A DNA stretch of 64,000 nt from Nitrospirae bacterium CG02_land_8_20_14_3_00_41_53 (GCA_002780895.1 PEUB01000036.1:5547-69546), one strand, 5' to 3'; counted from the stretch's first letter, positions 35,440-44,182 are shown. The notes: generated by a model from the sequence alone, not told the origin. Numbers and translations: made by a program.

Positions 35440-36057
35440 ATGAGCGAAGAGAGTTTAATCGAGGAAAAGGAGAAAAAACTCGAGGACATAAGGAAAGAGG
35501 CTGAGGAAAAGGCATGTCTTGTTCAAAGGGCTCTATATTATGTTGAGGAATTCCTTGCAGGGCCTATGTGTGGCAGGTGCTATCCCTGTTCACTCGGAAC
35601 TTATGAAGCAAGGATCAGGTTAATCAGGATCAGCCAACATTTGGAAAATGTCAACGAGTCAGATATCAAGGCTCTTAAAAGAATCGGTTCAAAGATGATG
35701 GAGGGTTCATTTTGTAAAAAGGGAAAAGATACAGGTAAGTTTATTATCGAGACACTTACAAGTTCAGAGGAGGAGATCAATCAGCATCTTTCAGGTATCT
35801 GTCCAAAAAAGGAATGTATCAACCTTATTGAATATGTGATAAATCCTGAATTGTGTATCATGTGTGGAAAATGTTTAGAGACATGTAAATATGATGCAAT
35901 AATAGGTGAAAAAAGAGAGCCCTATCTTTCTGGATACCTTCCTTTTGAGATAAGGCAGAAGAGGTGTACAAGGTGCGGAGAATGTATTAAAGTTTGCCCT
36001 GCAGAGGCGATTGAGGTTATAACGACGAAAATAGAGGAATTAGTTAGCAGCAAATAA
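35440..36057 (+). CDS. FeS protein: NuoF C-terminal (4Fe-4S N3-type) helical domain homolog fused to 2x[4Fe-4S] ferredoxin
   Basis: GGAGG RBS plus ATG at 35440 (MSEESL). MCGRCYPCSLGTYEARIRLIRI parallels ESCGKCPPCRIGTYQMLQILEKI of the NuoF paralogs. CIMCGKCLETC and CTRCGECIKVCP follow. Confidence 0.75.
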   Translation: MSEESLIEEKEKKLEDIRKEAEEKACLVQRALYYVEEFLAGPMCGRCYPCSLGTYEARIRLIRISQHLENVNESDIKALKRIGSKMMEGSFCKKGKDTGKFIIETLTSSEEEINQHLSGICPKKECINLIEYVINPELCIMCGKCLETCKYDAIIGEKREPYLSGYLPFEIRQKRCTRCGECIKVCPAEAIEVITTKIEELVSSK

Positions 36058-36084
36058 TTTCATAATAAAATAGAGGAGGTCTGA

Positions 36085-38106
36085 ATGGAAAAATTGATTA
36101 AACTTCAAATAGACGGCAGAGAGGTTCAAGTACCTGAAGGGATGAACATTATTGATGCAGCAGAACTTGCAGAGATTCATATACCTAATCTCTGTTATCT
36201 CAAAGGGATGAAGGGGATCGGTGCTTGCAGGCTCTGTCTTGTGGAGATAGAAGGGATGAAGGCACCTGTAATAGCATGCAATACAAAGGCTAAGGATGGT
36301 ATGGTTGTTAATACAAAAACTGATAAGGTTCAAGAGATCAGGAAATTTGTCGTAGACCTTATCCTTTCAATGCACCCACTCGATTGTATGACATGTACAA
36401 AGGCAGGGGTATGCAACCTTCAGAAATATGCCTATGACTTTGAACTTAAGGAATCGAGCTTTACAAGAAAAAGGATGGGCTATCCAACTGATGAAGCAAA
36501 TCCATTTATAAAGAGAGATCCCGAATATTGTATACTGTGCGGCAGGTGTGTCAGGGTATGCAAAGAACAGGGGACGAATGTACTCGCGTTCATGGGAAGA
36601 GGTGTCGGAGCAAAAGTTATCACTGCAAATGACAAGCCACTTCAGGAATCGGAGTGCACATTCTGTGGAAGCTGTCTTGATGCGTGTCCAGTAAATGCCC
36701 TCCTTGAGGCAGACAGATGGCGTAAAGGCAGGGAGTGGGAGTATGAAAGAATCAATTCTGTTTGTCTTTTGTGCGGCAATGGCTGCGACATCATAGTAAG
36801 CACTAAAGATGGCAGTGTGCAGAAGATTAGCGCAGGGGCACCGAAGGGCTCTGCGGAAAGATATATTTGTGCCTATGGCAGATTTGGTTTTGACTCTATT
36901 GAGGCAGAGACGCGCCTTACATCTCCCATGAAAAGGGTAAACAGTGAACTCAAAGAGACTACATGGGAAGACGCCCTCAGTATAGTTGCTGATAAATTAA
37001 AAAAAGCTGGCAAGGGAGCAGGCTTTATAAGCATTGCTGGCATAGAAAATGAAGATGCGATAACCCTGAAAAAGCTTGCTAAAGATGTTGTTAAGACAAA
37101 GAATTTCGACACAACTATGAGTCTCTATGCAGAGAGTGATTCTCTAAAAAACTCTCAAACAGCAGACATCAATAAGGCAGACCTTATTGTACTTGTCGGT
37201 CTAAATCCTTCCCAGTGGGAAAGGATTTTACCTGCACTTGATGCCTCTGTAAGAAGAAGGGTTGACAGAGGGGCAAAGCTTGTTGTCATAAATTCCTCTG
37301 ATACAAAAATCGGAGAGGCAGCAACAATAAATATTATAGGAAACGAGACATCCATTCTGAAACGTATTGCAAAGGCTTTAATAGGAAAGGGACTGAAAGC
37401 AGATAAAAAGTTAGAGGCTTCTGTCAAAGACGTAGAACTATCAGAGGAGATCGAAAAGGCAGCAACATTTATTGCTGAGGCAAAGGAGCCGGTACTATTG
37501 AGTTCTCCTTCACTTTTTGATGCATCAGCCAATATTGCGCTGATGAAAGGAAAGATCATTACTGTTGGCCTTGAAAGCAATGCGCATGGTGTTGCCCTGA
37601 TGGGGTTGACGACAGAGGGGAAAACTTATAAGGAAATGGTCTCTGATGGGATGAAAGTCCTTTATGCTGTCGGTGAAGTTCCTTTAAACAAAAGACCGGA
37701 TACGGATTTCCTCATAGTGCAGAACTCACATCTTACAGAACTTGCTAAACAGGCGGATGTTGTACTGCCTTCAGCGACTTTCCTTGAATCTGCTGGTACA
37801 ATAATAGATTATATGGGAAGACTGAAATATCTTCCAAAGGTAATAGAACCTCAGGGAGAATCAAAAAGCCACAGAGATATTTTTATCCATCTTGCAAAGA
37901 TTATGGGAGCCACAATTAAAAGACCTGCAGAGGCCGAGGTTAAAAAGGCGTCAAAGGTGGAGACCAAACTTATATTCAGCCCGTTTACTAAAAAAGAAGG
38001 GCTTGATATATCGCCAAATGAGATAATCGAATCTGTCAATGCCTCTGTTATTAATGGTTCAAGACTTTTGTGGCTTAAAGAGGCTGAAAAGGCAGTGGCT
38101 GTGTAA
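36085..38106 (+). CDS. NuoG/HylA-like polyferredoxin with short molybdopterin-oxidoreductase-type domain
   Basis: 673 aa. It has an N-terminal 2Fe-2S (CYLKGMKGIGACRLCLVEI...C), a His-ligated cluster region (HPLDCMTCTKAGVCNLQ), 2x[4Fe-4S] (CILCGRCVRVC, CTFCGSCLDACP) and CLLCGNGCDI. There is no H-cluster domain and no in-frame TGA. Confidence 0.8.
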   Translation: MEKLIKLQIDGREVQVPEGMNIIDAAELAEIHIPNLCYLKGMKGIGACRLCLVEIEGMKAPVIACNTKAKDGMVVNTKTDKVQEIRKFVVDLILSMHPLDCMTCTKAGVCNLQKYAYDFELKESSFTRKRMGYPTDEANPFIKRDPEYCILCGRCVRVCKEQGTNVLAFMGRGVGAKVITANDKPLQESECTFCGSCLDACPVNALLEADRWRKGREWEYERINSVCLLCGNGCDIIVSTKDGSVQKISAGAPKGSAERYICAYGRFGFDSIEAETRLTSPMKRVNSELKETTWEDALSIVADKLKKAGKGAGFISIAGIENEDAITLKKLAKDVVKTKNFDTTMSLYAESDSLKNSQTADINKADLIVLVGLNPSQWERILPALDASVRRRVDRGAKLVVINSSDTKIGEAATINIIGNETSILKRIAKALIGKGLKADKKLEASVKDVELSEEIEKAATFIAEAKEPVLLSSPSLFDASANIALMKGKIITVGLESNAHGVALMGLTTEGKTYKEMVSDGMKVLYAVGEVPLNKRPDTDFLIVQNSHLTELAKQADVVLPSATFLESAGTIIDYMGRLKYLPKVIEPQGESKSHRDIFIHLAKIMGATIKRPAEAEVKKASKVETKLIFSPFTKKEGLDISPNEIIESVNASVINGSRLLWLKEAEKAVAV

Positions 38107-38312
38107 CCCGTTCATCCAAATCTGCATAGACCAGATATATTTTTCTCTTCCGCCGATTGGCTGTTTTTAATTCCTGTTCAGCTAAAGTGAAGAAACCACG
38201 CCGATTGTAAAGACCGATGAGTCATAGACCATCAAGGAAGGGGAAGATATAAGTAGATAAGGGTTTATATGGGTTGATTATTGATTAACAAGTCCGTATT
38301 GTCAAGGAATTT

Positions 38313-38759
38313 TTACCTTATTGCCTTGAGCAGTTCTTTTTCTTTTCTCTCCATTTTATTCTTTCGATACCTGCTTTTTTCGTGGTCATAATCAATGAGA
38401 TGAAGGAGGCCGTGGATTAGGAGTTTTTTAAGTTCTTCATTAAAGGTATGTCCGTACTCTGATGCCTGTCTTTTAGCCTGATGAAGATTTATGATTATAT
38501 CACCCAAAACAAATTGCTGAGAGCTGAGAGCTGAGAGCTGAGAGCTATATTCAATTTGAGGGAATGAAAGCACATCCGTGGTTCTGTCCACGCCCCTGTA
38601 CTGACGGTTCAGTATCCTCATTCTCCTATCATTTACAAAAAGGATACTGAGTTCAGCCTTGTGGAGGCCGAGCAGGCGGAGTGCCTTCCTTAGAAGACTT
38701 TTTATTCTCTGCTGATTTACCTTTAAGAGTCTTTGGCAGTTCTTTATATAGACCTTCAT
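38313..38759 (-). CDS. ybeY: Endoribonuclease YbeY (rRNA maturation)
   Basis: HGLLHLIDYDH zinc motif. The start is placed at ATG 38759 (MKVYIKN). It contains heptad array 38514..38548. Confidence 0.9.
   Translation of the reverse strand: MKVYIKNCQRLLKVNQQRIKSLLRKALRLLGLHKAELSILFVNDRRMRILNRQYRGVDRTTDVLSFPQIEYSSQLSALSSQQFVLGDIIINLHQAKRQASEYGHTFNEELKKLLIHGLLHLIDYDHEKSRYRKNKMERKEKELLKAIR
38514..38548. repeat. Heptad tandem array, ttgctga (gagctga)x3 gagctat, inside ybeY
   Basis: Direct 7-nt tandem repeats encoding SSQLSALSSQQ in a variable loop of YbeY. Confidence 0.85.
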
Positions 38760-40257
38760 CTGTAAAATCAAATCCCGGATAATCTATCCTTCTATGAAAT
38801 ATGTTTGTTAGTACATGAGAGAAACGCTTCTTTATCTCATAGATATCTTTCAGCGTAAGCTCGCATTCATCGAGCTGACCTTCAAGGAATATATGGTTTA
38901 TTATCCTGTCAACCAATGATGTAATTCTTGCCGGCGTTGGATCTGTAAGAACCCTTGATGCAGCTTCAACCGCATCTGCCATCATCACAAGTGCGGCCAC
39001 GCGTGTCTGTGGTTTTGGGGCATGATATTTATAGTCTTCCTCAACAGGTGAGACATCATCTTTCTGCTCTTTTGCCTTTTGATAAAAATAACTGACCAGC
39101 ATGTTACCATGATGCTGCTCTATGATATCAATAATAGACTCTGGAAGCTTACCTTGCCTGGCAAGTTCGACACCCTCCTTGACATGGTTGATGATTATCA
39201 TGCTGCTCATGTGCGGGGTTAATTTGTCGTGTTTGCTGACTGAACCACTCTGGTTTTCAACAAAATATTCCGGCATCTTAATTTTACCAATATCATGGTA
39301 ATATGCACTTACCCTCGCAAGCAAAGGGTTTACGCCAACTGCTTCTGCAGCAGATTCCACAAGGTTTCCGACAATAACACTGTGATGATATGTGCCCGGT
39401 GCTGTGACCATAAGGGTTTTCATTATTGGCTGATCGAGATCAAGCAGTTCGAGCAAGCTTATGTCAGTGGTGACCTTGAACAAATATTCAAGAATGGGCA
39501 GCAGAATGGAAACAATTGCAGTAACACCTATGCCTCCGAGCGCGGCAAACATTATTGAGGGTGGTGCCTTTGCTGTGAAAAGCTCGTTTTTAAACAGGAG
39601 TATTATTATTACAGTTAAAATATTTACTGCAATTACATAGCTTCCTCCTTTGAGAAGCGCAGACCTTTTTTTGCACCTTATAACGCTGAAGGCTGCTGTA
39701 ATGCTTCCAACGAATGCATATATGGTGAAGGATGCATCATGGAGCCAGAGCCCTGTGAGAAGGCTGACTGTGAAGGAAAAAGTAATTGCAGTATGAAAGT
39801 CAAAAATGAGTGATACAAGCATTGCCCCTGCTGGGATGGGAATTCCGAACAAGGCACTATCTAAGACTTTAAACTCCAGACCCTTGGAGAGGCTTTGCAG
39901 TAAATAACCGAATAGCCTGCCTATCAGGAGGGTGCTTATAAGCATCACGCCGAGAAGTAATAACATATTGTATTTCTTAATATAGGCAGGCTTATATCTC
40001 ATTATATCTCTGTAAAGGATGAACAGCAGCAGACAGGTGATAAAGAAACCACCAATCAATTGTTCTATACTAAATTTTTCCTGTAATGACAGAGCAGCTA
40101 TGAATCCGGCTGTGACAATTAAAGATATCCTTATGATCTGATCATGTTTACTATAGCGGATTGGGGCATCTTTTACTTTTGAAGGAGTCACTTCAAACAG
40201 TGCCCTGAAAAAGTCAATAATCCTCTGGGTTTTATTCTTCTGAGGACCGTTTTTCAT
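38653..40257 (-). CDS. 7TM-receptor/HD-domain phosphohydrolase (PgpH/YqfF family)
   Basis: 534 aa with a multi-TM region followed by an HD domain (HHSVIVGNL...YHDIGK). It sits in the conserved phoH-pgpH-ybeY order. The 3' end overlaps ybeY by about 107 nt. Confidence 0.85.
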   Translation of the reverse strand: MKNGPQKNKTQRIIDFFRALFEVTPSKVKDAPIRYSKHDQIIRISLIVTAGFIAALSLQEKFSIEQLIGGFFITCLLLFILYRDIMRYKPAYIKKYNMLLLLGVMLISTLLIGRLFGYLLQSLSKGLEFKVLDSALFGIPIPAGAMLVSLIFDFHTAITFSFTVSLLTGLWLHDASFTIYAFVGSITAAFSVIRCKKRSALLKGGSYVIAVNILTVIIILLFKNELFTAKAPPSIMFAALGGIGVTAIVSILLPILEYLFKVTTDISLLELLDLDQPIMKTLMVTAPGTYHHSVIVGNLVESAAEAVGVNPLLARVSAYYHDIGKIKMPEYFVENQSGSVSKHDKLTPHMSSMIIINHVKEGVELARQGKLPESIIDIIEQHHGNMLVSYFYQKAKEQKDDVSPVEEDYKYHAPKPQTRVAALVMMADAVEAASRVLTDPTPARITSLVDRIINHIFLEGQLDECELTLKDIYEIKKRFSHVLTNIFHRRIDYPGFDFTDEGLYKELPKTLKGKSAENKKSSKEGTPPARPPQG

Positions 40258-41200
40258 ATTTTTCGTATGCCTTTACAATCTCCTGGACAAGCTTATGTCT
40301 TACCACATCTCTTTCAGAGAAATATATAAATTTAATGCCCTCAATGTCGCTCAGTATCCTCTCAGCCTCTATAAGACCTGAGGTTCTTCCTGCAGGGAGG
40401 TCTATCTGTGTTATATCTCCTGTAATAACGGTCTTCGAATTAAAACCGAGCCGTGTAAGATACATCTTCATCTGCTCAGAGGTTGTGTTCTGCGCCTCGT
40501 CGAGAATTACGAACGAGTCATTGAGGGTTCTGCCCCTCATGAATGCAAGCGGTGCGATCTCAATAATTCCACGTTCTATAAGTTTACCTGCTTTTTCTGC
40601 TTCCATCATATCTAAGAGTGCGTCATATAATGGTCTCAGATAAGGGTTAAATTTCTCGTATATGTCGCCGGGCAGAAAACCAAGTTTTTCTCCTGCTTCT
40701 ACAGCCGGCCTTGCAAGGACGATCCTGCTAATCTGTTTTTTAAGAAATGCATTTATAGCCATTGCCATTGCGAGATAGGTTTTTCCTGTACCTGCAGGCC
40801 CTATCCCGATGACTATGTCAAAATTTTTTATAGCATCTATATATTTTCTCTGGGTCTCTGTTTTTGGTATGATAAATCGTTTTTTTGAAGATACAGGAAT
40901 ATTGTTCAGGAACAGGTCTTTCACTGAAGTATATTCCCCTTCCAATGTAGCAGACCTTAGCGCATAACGTATATCTTCGGGGTTGAGATTGTAACCGCTG
41001 GAGCTTATTGACCGAATATCGTGGATGAATCTTTCTGCCTTTTCTACGGATTTATCAGTACCCTGCAAAAAAATTTTATTTCCTCTTTGAGAGGCTATAA
41101 TACCGAGTGTTTCCTCTATCACCTTAAGGTTTTTGTCAAGCCCTCCATAAAGAAGGTTGGATTCTTTTTCACTGTCAAGTTCGATCTCTAAGGTTAACGT
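40232..41200 (-). CDS. phoH: PhoH-like ATPase
   Basis: Walker A GPAGTGKTY and DEAQN. The ORF-track start (GTG 41122) truncates a conserved N-terminal region (LTLEIELDSEKESNLLYGGLDKNLK) that stays open up to the stop at 41219..41221. AGGAG (41206..41210) lies 5 nt before an in-frame ACG at 41200..41198. Confidence 0.85.
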   Translation of the reverse strand, partial: TLTLEIELDSEKESNLLYGGLDKNLKVIEETLGIIASQRGNKIFLQGTDKSVEKAERFIHDIRSISSSGYNLNPEDIRYALRSATLEGEYTSVKDLFLNNIPVSSKKRFIIPKTETQRKYIDAIKNFDIVIGIGPAGTGKTYLAMAMAINAFLKKQISRIVLARPAVEAGEKLGFLPGDIYEKFNPYLRPLYDALLDMMEAEKAGKLIERGIIEIAPLAFMRGRTLNDSFVILDEAQNTTSEQMKMYLTRLGFNSKTVITGDITQIDLPAGRTSGLIEAERILSDIEGIKFIYFSERDVVRHKLVQEIVKAYEKYEKRSSEE

Positions 41201-41208
41201 AAGTTCTC

Positions 41209-41820
41209 CTATTCTGTTTTAAATGTTACGAATGTTTTTAGACCCTCAGCCTTTTTTATTTTGATAGATAGTACCTCAGCCTCTTTTCTGGTAACGAAAT
41301 CGCCTACTATCACCTTATAGAGTTTTTTATGTTTTTTTGTCTTTGATTGGGTCACAAATGTCTTATATCCTTTTTTATCGAGTTTTGTCTTTAAGGCATT
41401 TGCATCAGAGGCATCCTTGAATGCACCTGCCTGAACTGTGTATTTTCTTGTTTTTGTAGTTTTTGGGGTTTCTCGGGTTTGTTTAGTTTCCCTTATTTGT
41501 TGAGTTTGTTGATTTTTTCTTGTCTGTTGATTTTGTAGGACTTGTTGTAATTTTATGGTTTGTTGTGTTTCCTGTGGTTTTAGAGTTTGCTCTGGTTGCT
41601 GGGCTATTGTTTCTTTTTTATCAGGTTCTGCATTTTTCTGTTCGGCGCTATCCTGCTGGGGAATAACAGATGTCTGATTTACAAGAGGAGGTTGGACGCT
41701 TCTACCAACAAAATAACCGAGTGCAAAGCTGAGTGACGATGTAATGAGTATAGCTATAATAATAATCCCTTTGCCAATAAAAAACACAGATGAATTTTCT
41801 TTTAAATCACTCCTTTTCAT
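41209..41820 (-). CDS. SPOR-domain protein with N-terminal TM helix and Gln/Thr-rich linker
   Basis: C-terminal YTVQAGAFKDASDANALKTKL...YKVIVGDF SPOR fold signature. Confidence 0.75.
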   Translation of the reverse strand: MKRSDLKENSSVFFIGKGIIIIAILITSSLSFALGYFVGRSVQPPLVNQTSVIPQQDSAEQKNAEPDKKETIAQQPEQTLKPQETQQTIKLQQVLQNQQTRKNQQTQQIRETKQTRETPKTTKTRKYTVQAGAFKDASDANALKTKLDKKGYKTFVTQSKTKKHKKLYKVIVGDFVTRKEAEVLSIKIKKAEGLKTFVTFKTE

Positions 41821-42824
41821 AAAATAAGCATAGCATCACCATAAGAGAGAAATCTATACCCTCTGGCAATAGCCTCCTTATAAGCCTTCAATAATTTTTC
41901 CCAGCCGCACATAGCAGAGGCTAACATGAGAGGCGTAGACCCTGGAAGGTGGAAATTTGTAACTAATGAGTCAACAATCCTGAAATTGTATCCAGGGTAG
42001 ATAAAGGCATCAGTCGTTCCCTTTATCCTCCCATTTTGAAGAGTTACATTACACTTACCGCTCACATATCCCTCTATTGCCCTTGTTGTAGTAGTTCCCA
42101 CAGAAATAACTCTTTTACCCGAGGCCTTAATCTCTTTAATTTCAGAGATAAGTTCTTTATCTATATCAAAATACTCAGCACCCATAGAATGTTCCTCGAC
42201 ATTTTCAGTTCTAATAGGCATGAATGTACCAATGCCTACATGCAGTGTCAGTTCCCTGAGCTTTATACCCTTTGAGGTGATTTCCTTTAGTAATTTATCC
42301 GTAAAGTGAAGGCCTGCTGTAGGGGCTGCTATGGAGCCTTCTTTTTTTGCATATATGGTCTGGTAGGTTTCTTTATCCGATTCATCGGGAGAACGTCTTA
42401 AATAAGGTGGAAGCGGCATGTTACCGTATTTCCAGATTATATCCATTAAATCTCCAGGATATTTAAAATATGCGGTATCTCCGTTATGAATCTCTAACTG
42501 CAGCTCCTCTGAAATCTTTAGTGTTCCTGTAAATCTTCCTTTTGAGAGTACCTCCCATGCATTATCTTTTTTTTTCCTTACAAGCAGGATTTCTAACCTC
42601 CCTCCATTTTTTTTAAATCCAGTAAGCCTTGCAGGGAAGACCCTCGTGTTATTTATAAGCAGTATGTCTCCTTTGTCGAGATAAGAGGGAAGATCAGAGA
42701 ACCTTTCGTGTTCGATCGTACTATCTGTATGGAGTACAAGAAGTCTTGAGCTGGGGCGCTCTTTTAGAGGTCTTTTGGCAATAAGGTCTTCAGGGAGAAA
42801 AAAGTCGAAATCAGCGACTTTCAT
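41817..42824 (-). CDS. queA: S-adenosylmethionine:tRNA ribosyltransferase-isomerase
   Basis: 335 aa with MKVADFDFFLPEDLIAKRP and PLPPYL motifs. Confidence 0.93.
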   Translation of the reverse strand: MKVADFDFFLPEDLIAKRPLKERPSSRLLVLHTDSTIEHERFSDLPSYLDKGDILLINNTRVFPARLTGFKKNGGRLEILLVRKKKDNAWEVLSKGRFTGTLKISEELQLEIHNGDTAYFKYPGDLMDIIWKYGNMPLPPYLRRSPDESDKETYQTIYAKKEGSIAAPTAGLHFTDKLLKEITSKGIKLRELTLHVGIGTFMPIRTENVEEHSMGAEYFDIDKELISEIKEIKASGKRVISVGTTTTRAIEGYVSGKCNVTLQNGRIKGTTDAFIYPGYNFRIVDSLVTNFHLPGSTPLMLASAMCGWEKLLKAYKEAIARGYRFLSYGDAMLIL

Positions 42825-43794
42825 ACAACTGTATTATAGTCCCTGGGTAAAAAAAGGATAGGATTTCTTTGTAATTTTTCCCTTCACGTGCCATCTGGAG
42901 TGCACCCCACTGACACAGTCCAACACCATGACCGTAACCTTTTCCTTTAAATATCATGGAGTCCCCATCACGTGTTACACTAAAATTTGTGCTCGGAAGA
43001 CGACTCCAGCCGAGTGCTTTTCTGAGATCGGTTGCATTGATTGTAATTATTCCAGAATTATTTATTATGTCGAGTTGTTTAACCCTTTTTGTTGAGGTAT
43101 AGGACTTTATTGATATTTCTTTAATCCCTGACAGGTTTAGTGCCTTTTCGATCTCGGTAATCTCAATCCTCTTTTCCCATGTCGAGTATGGTGATATTTC
43201 ACAGTTTGATTCCACTGATTTTAAATAAGGGTAGCTTTTTCCAAAGACATCCTCTGGGTTTTCTGTCTTTCCCCCACATGTTGAATGATAAAAGGCCTCT
43301 ATTGCTCTGTTATCGAAAGTAAGAATCTCTCCACTTGTTTCTGCAACAGCATATGCTACCCTTACGTTGGGATTATTGCCCTTATAAACCTGGTTAAGGA
43401 CGGAAGATACGATATGGTATATTGAGTCTCCATTTATCTTTTTCTGGTATACAGCATATGTCCTTGATATAACAGCCTGTGCCTTAAGTGCTTCCATATC
43501 CCAGTTTGAACCAACCTCTGCCACAACAACATCCTTAACATAATCTTCTATCGGAAGTTCGTTTATAAGATAGATCCCGCCTTCACCTTTCCATACATCG
43601 ATATTACCGGTATATCGGGAACCCATCACGAGGAGATCTCCCCTCATACTTCCGAGCTTCTCTATCTTCTCATTCTTTGCAGGGATTTTAGGATATGTAT
43701 CATTCACAATAAGCACTTTTATATTGTCCGAGGCATGAGCATTCCATACAACGATAGAAAAGGATAAACAAAATCCAGCTATAAGAAATGTCAT
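42811..43794 (-). CDS. SpoIID/LytB-domain protein (secreted)
   Basis: CSTCGGKTE-like motif (HSTCGGKTE) and GHGVGLCQWGA. I prefer the start at ATG 43794 (MTFLIAGFCLSFSIVVWNAHA signal peptide). The longer ORF to 43941 reads through a repeat element. Confidence 0.82.
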   Translation of the reverse strand: MTFLIAGFCLSFSIVVWNAHASDNIKVLIVNDTYPKIPAKNEKIEKLGSMRGDLLVMGSRYTGNIDVWKGEGGIYLINELPIEDYVKDVVVAEVGSNWDMEALKAQAVISRTYAVYQKKINGDSIYHIVSSVLNQVYKGNNPNVRVAYAVAETSGEILTFDNRAIEAFYHSTCGGKTENPEDVFGKSYPYLKSVESNCEISPYSTWEKRIEITEIEKALNLSGIKEISIKSYTSTKRVKQLDIINNSGIITINATDLRKALGWSRLPSTNFSVTRDGDSMIFKGKGYGHGVGLCQWGALQMAREGKNYKEILSFFYPGTIIQLYESR

Positions 43795-43865
43795 TGCGAG
43801 TGAAACGAAGCAATCTTGTCTTTTCTTGTGAGATTGCCACGCACCCTTTGGGTGCTCGCAATGAC
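43790..43865. repeat. GTCAT...ATGAC element (gtcattgcgag / ctcgcaatgac TIRs)
   Basis: 11-nt perfect terminal inverted repeats with an internal hairpin gcaccc-ttt-gggtgc. The left TIR contains the SpoIID start codon. Confidence 0.85.
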
Positions 43866-43948
43866 AGACAAAGCAATCAATTGTTCTTATTATTGGATAC
43901 GGGAATAAGATTGTAAGAATGAACCTTATGACTTTCCCCATAATCTTT

Positions 43949-44176
43949 TCATCTCCGCCTAATGAGCCAGAAAATAAAGGTTAAAATCACACTTAAGAGT
44001 ATACTTGTAGCTAAAGGAAAATAAAAACTGAAATTCTTTCTCTGGATTATGATGTCTCCGGGAAGTCTGCCGAGCCATGGGATTTTACCTGAAAGAAGAA
44101 GTATTCCACCAATGGCAGAGATCACAATGCCGAGAATTATTAAAAACCTGCCTATGTACTGAACACCGTCAACCAT
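43949..44176 (-). CDS. Small membrane protein, DUF2905-like
   Basis: 75 aa with two TM helices and the motif LGRLPGDIIIQRKNFSFYFP. Confidence 0.7.
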   Translation of the reverse strand: MVDGVQYIGRFLIILGIVISAIGGILLLSGKIPWLGRLPGDIIIQRKNFSFYFPLATSILLSVILTFIFWLIRRR

Positions 44177-44182
44177 GTCGTT

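Noticed and set aside
36085-38106. The NuoG-like protein as a formate dehydrogenase catalytic subunit, possibly with selenocysteine.
   Set aside because: There is no in-frame TGA. The molybdopterin-type region is far shorter than in FdhA/FdhF. I could not identify the active-site Cys/Sec context. It was kept as NuoG/HylA-like.
38107-38312. A 206-nt ORF-free convergent spacer after the NuoG-like gene, inspected for a terminator or ncRNA.
   Set aside because: I found only a short direct repeat (cgccgattg twice) and weak hairpins. There is no convincing stem-loop with a U-tract and no recognisable RNA family.
41440-41620. A repetitive gtttgtt-rich region in the SPOR-domain gene.
   Set aside because: It encodes the Gln/Thr-rich low-complexity linker typical of SPOR proteins. 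It shows no similarity to the dispersed repeat families.
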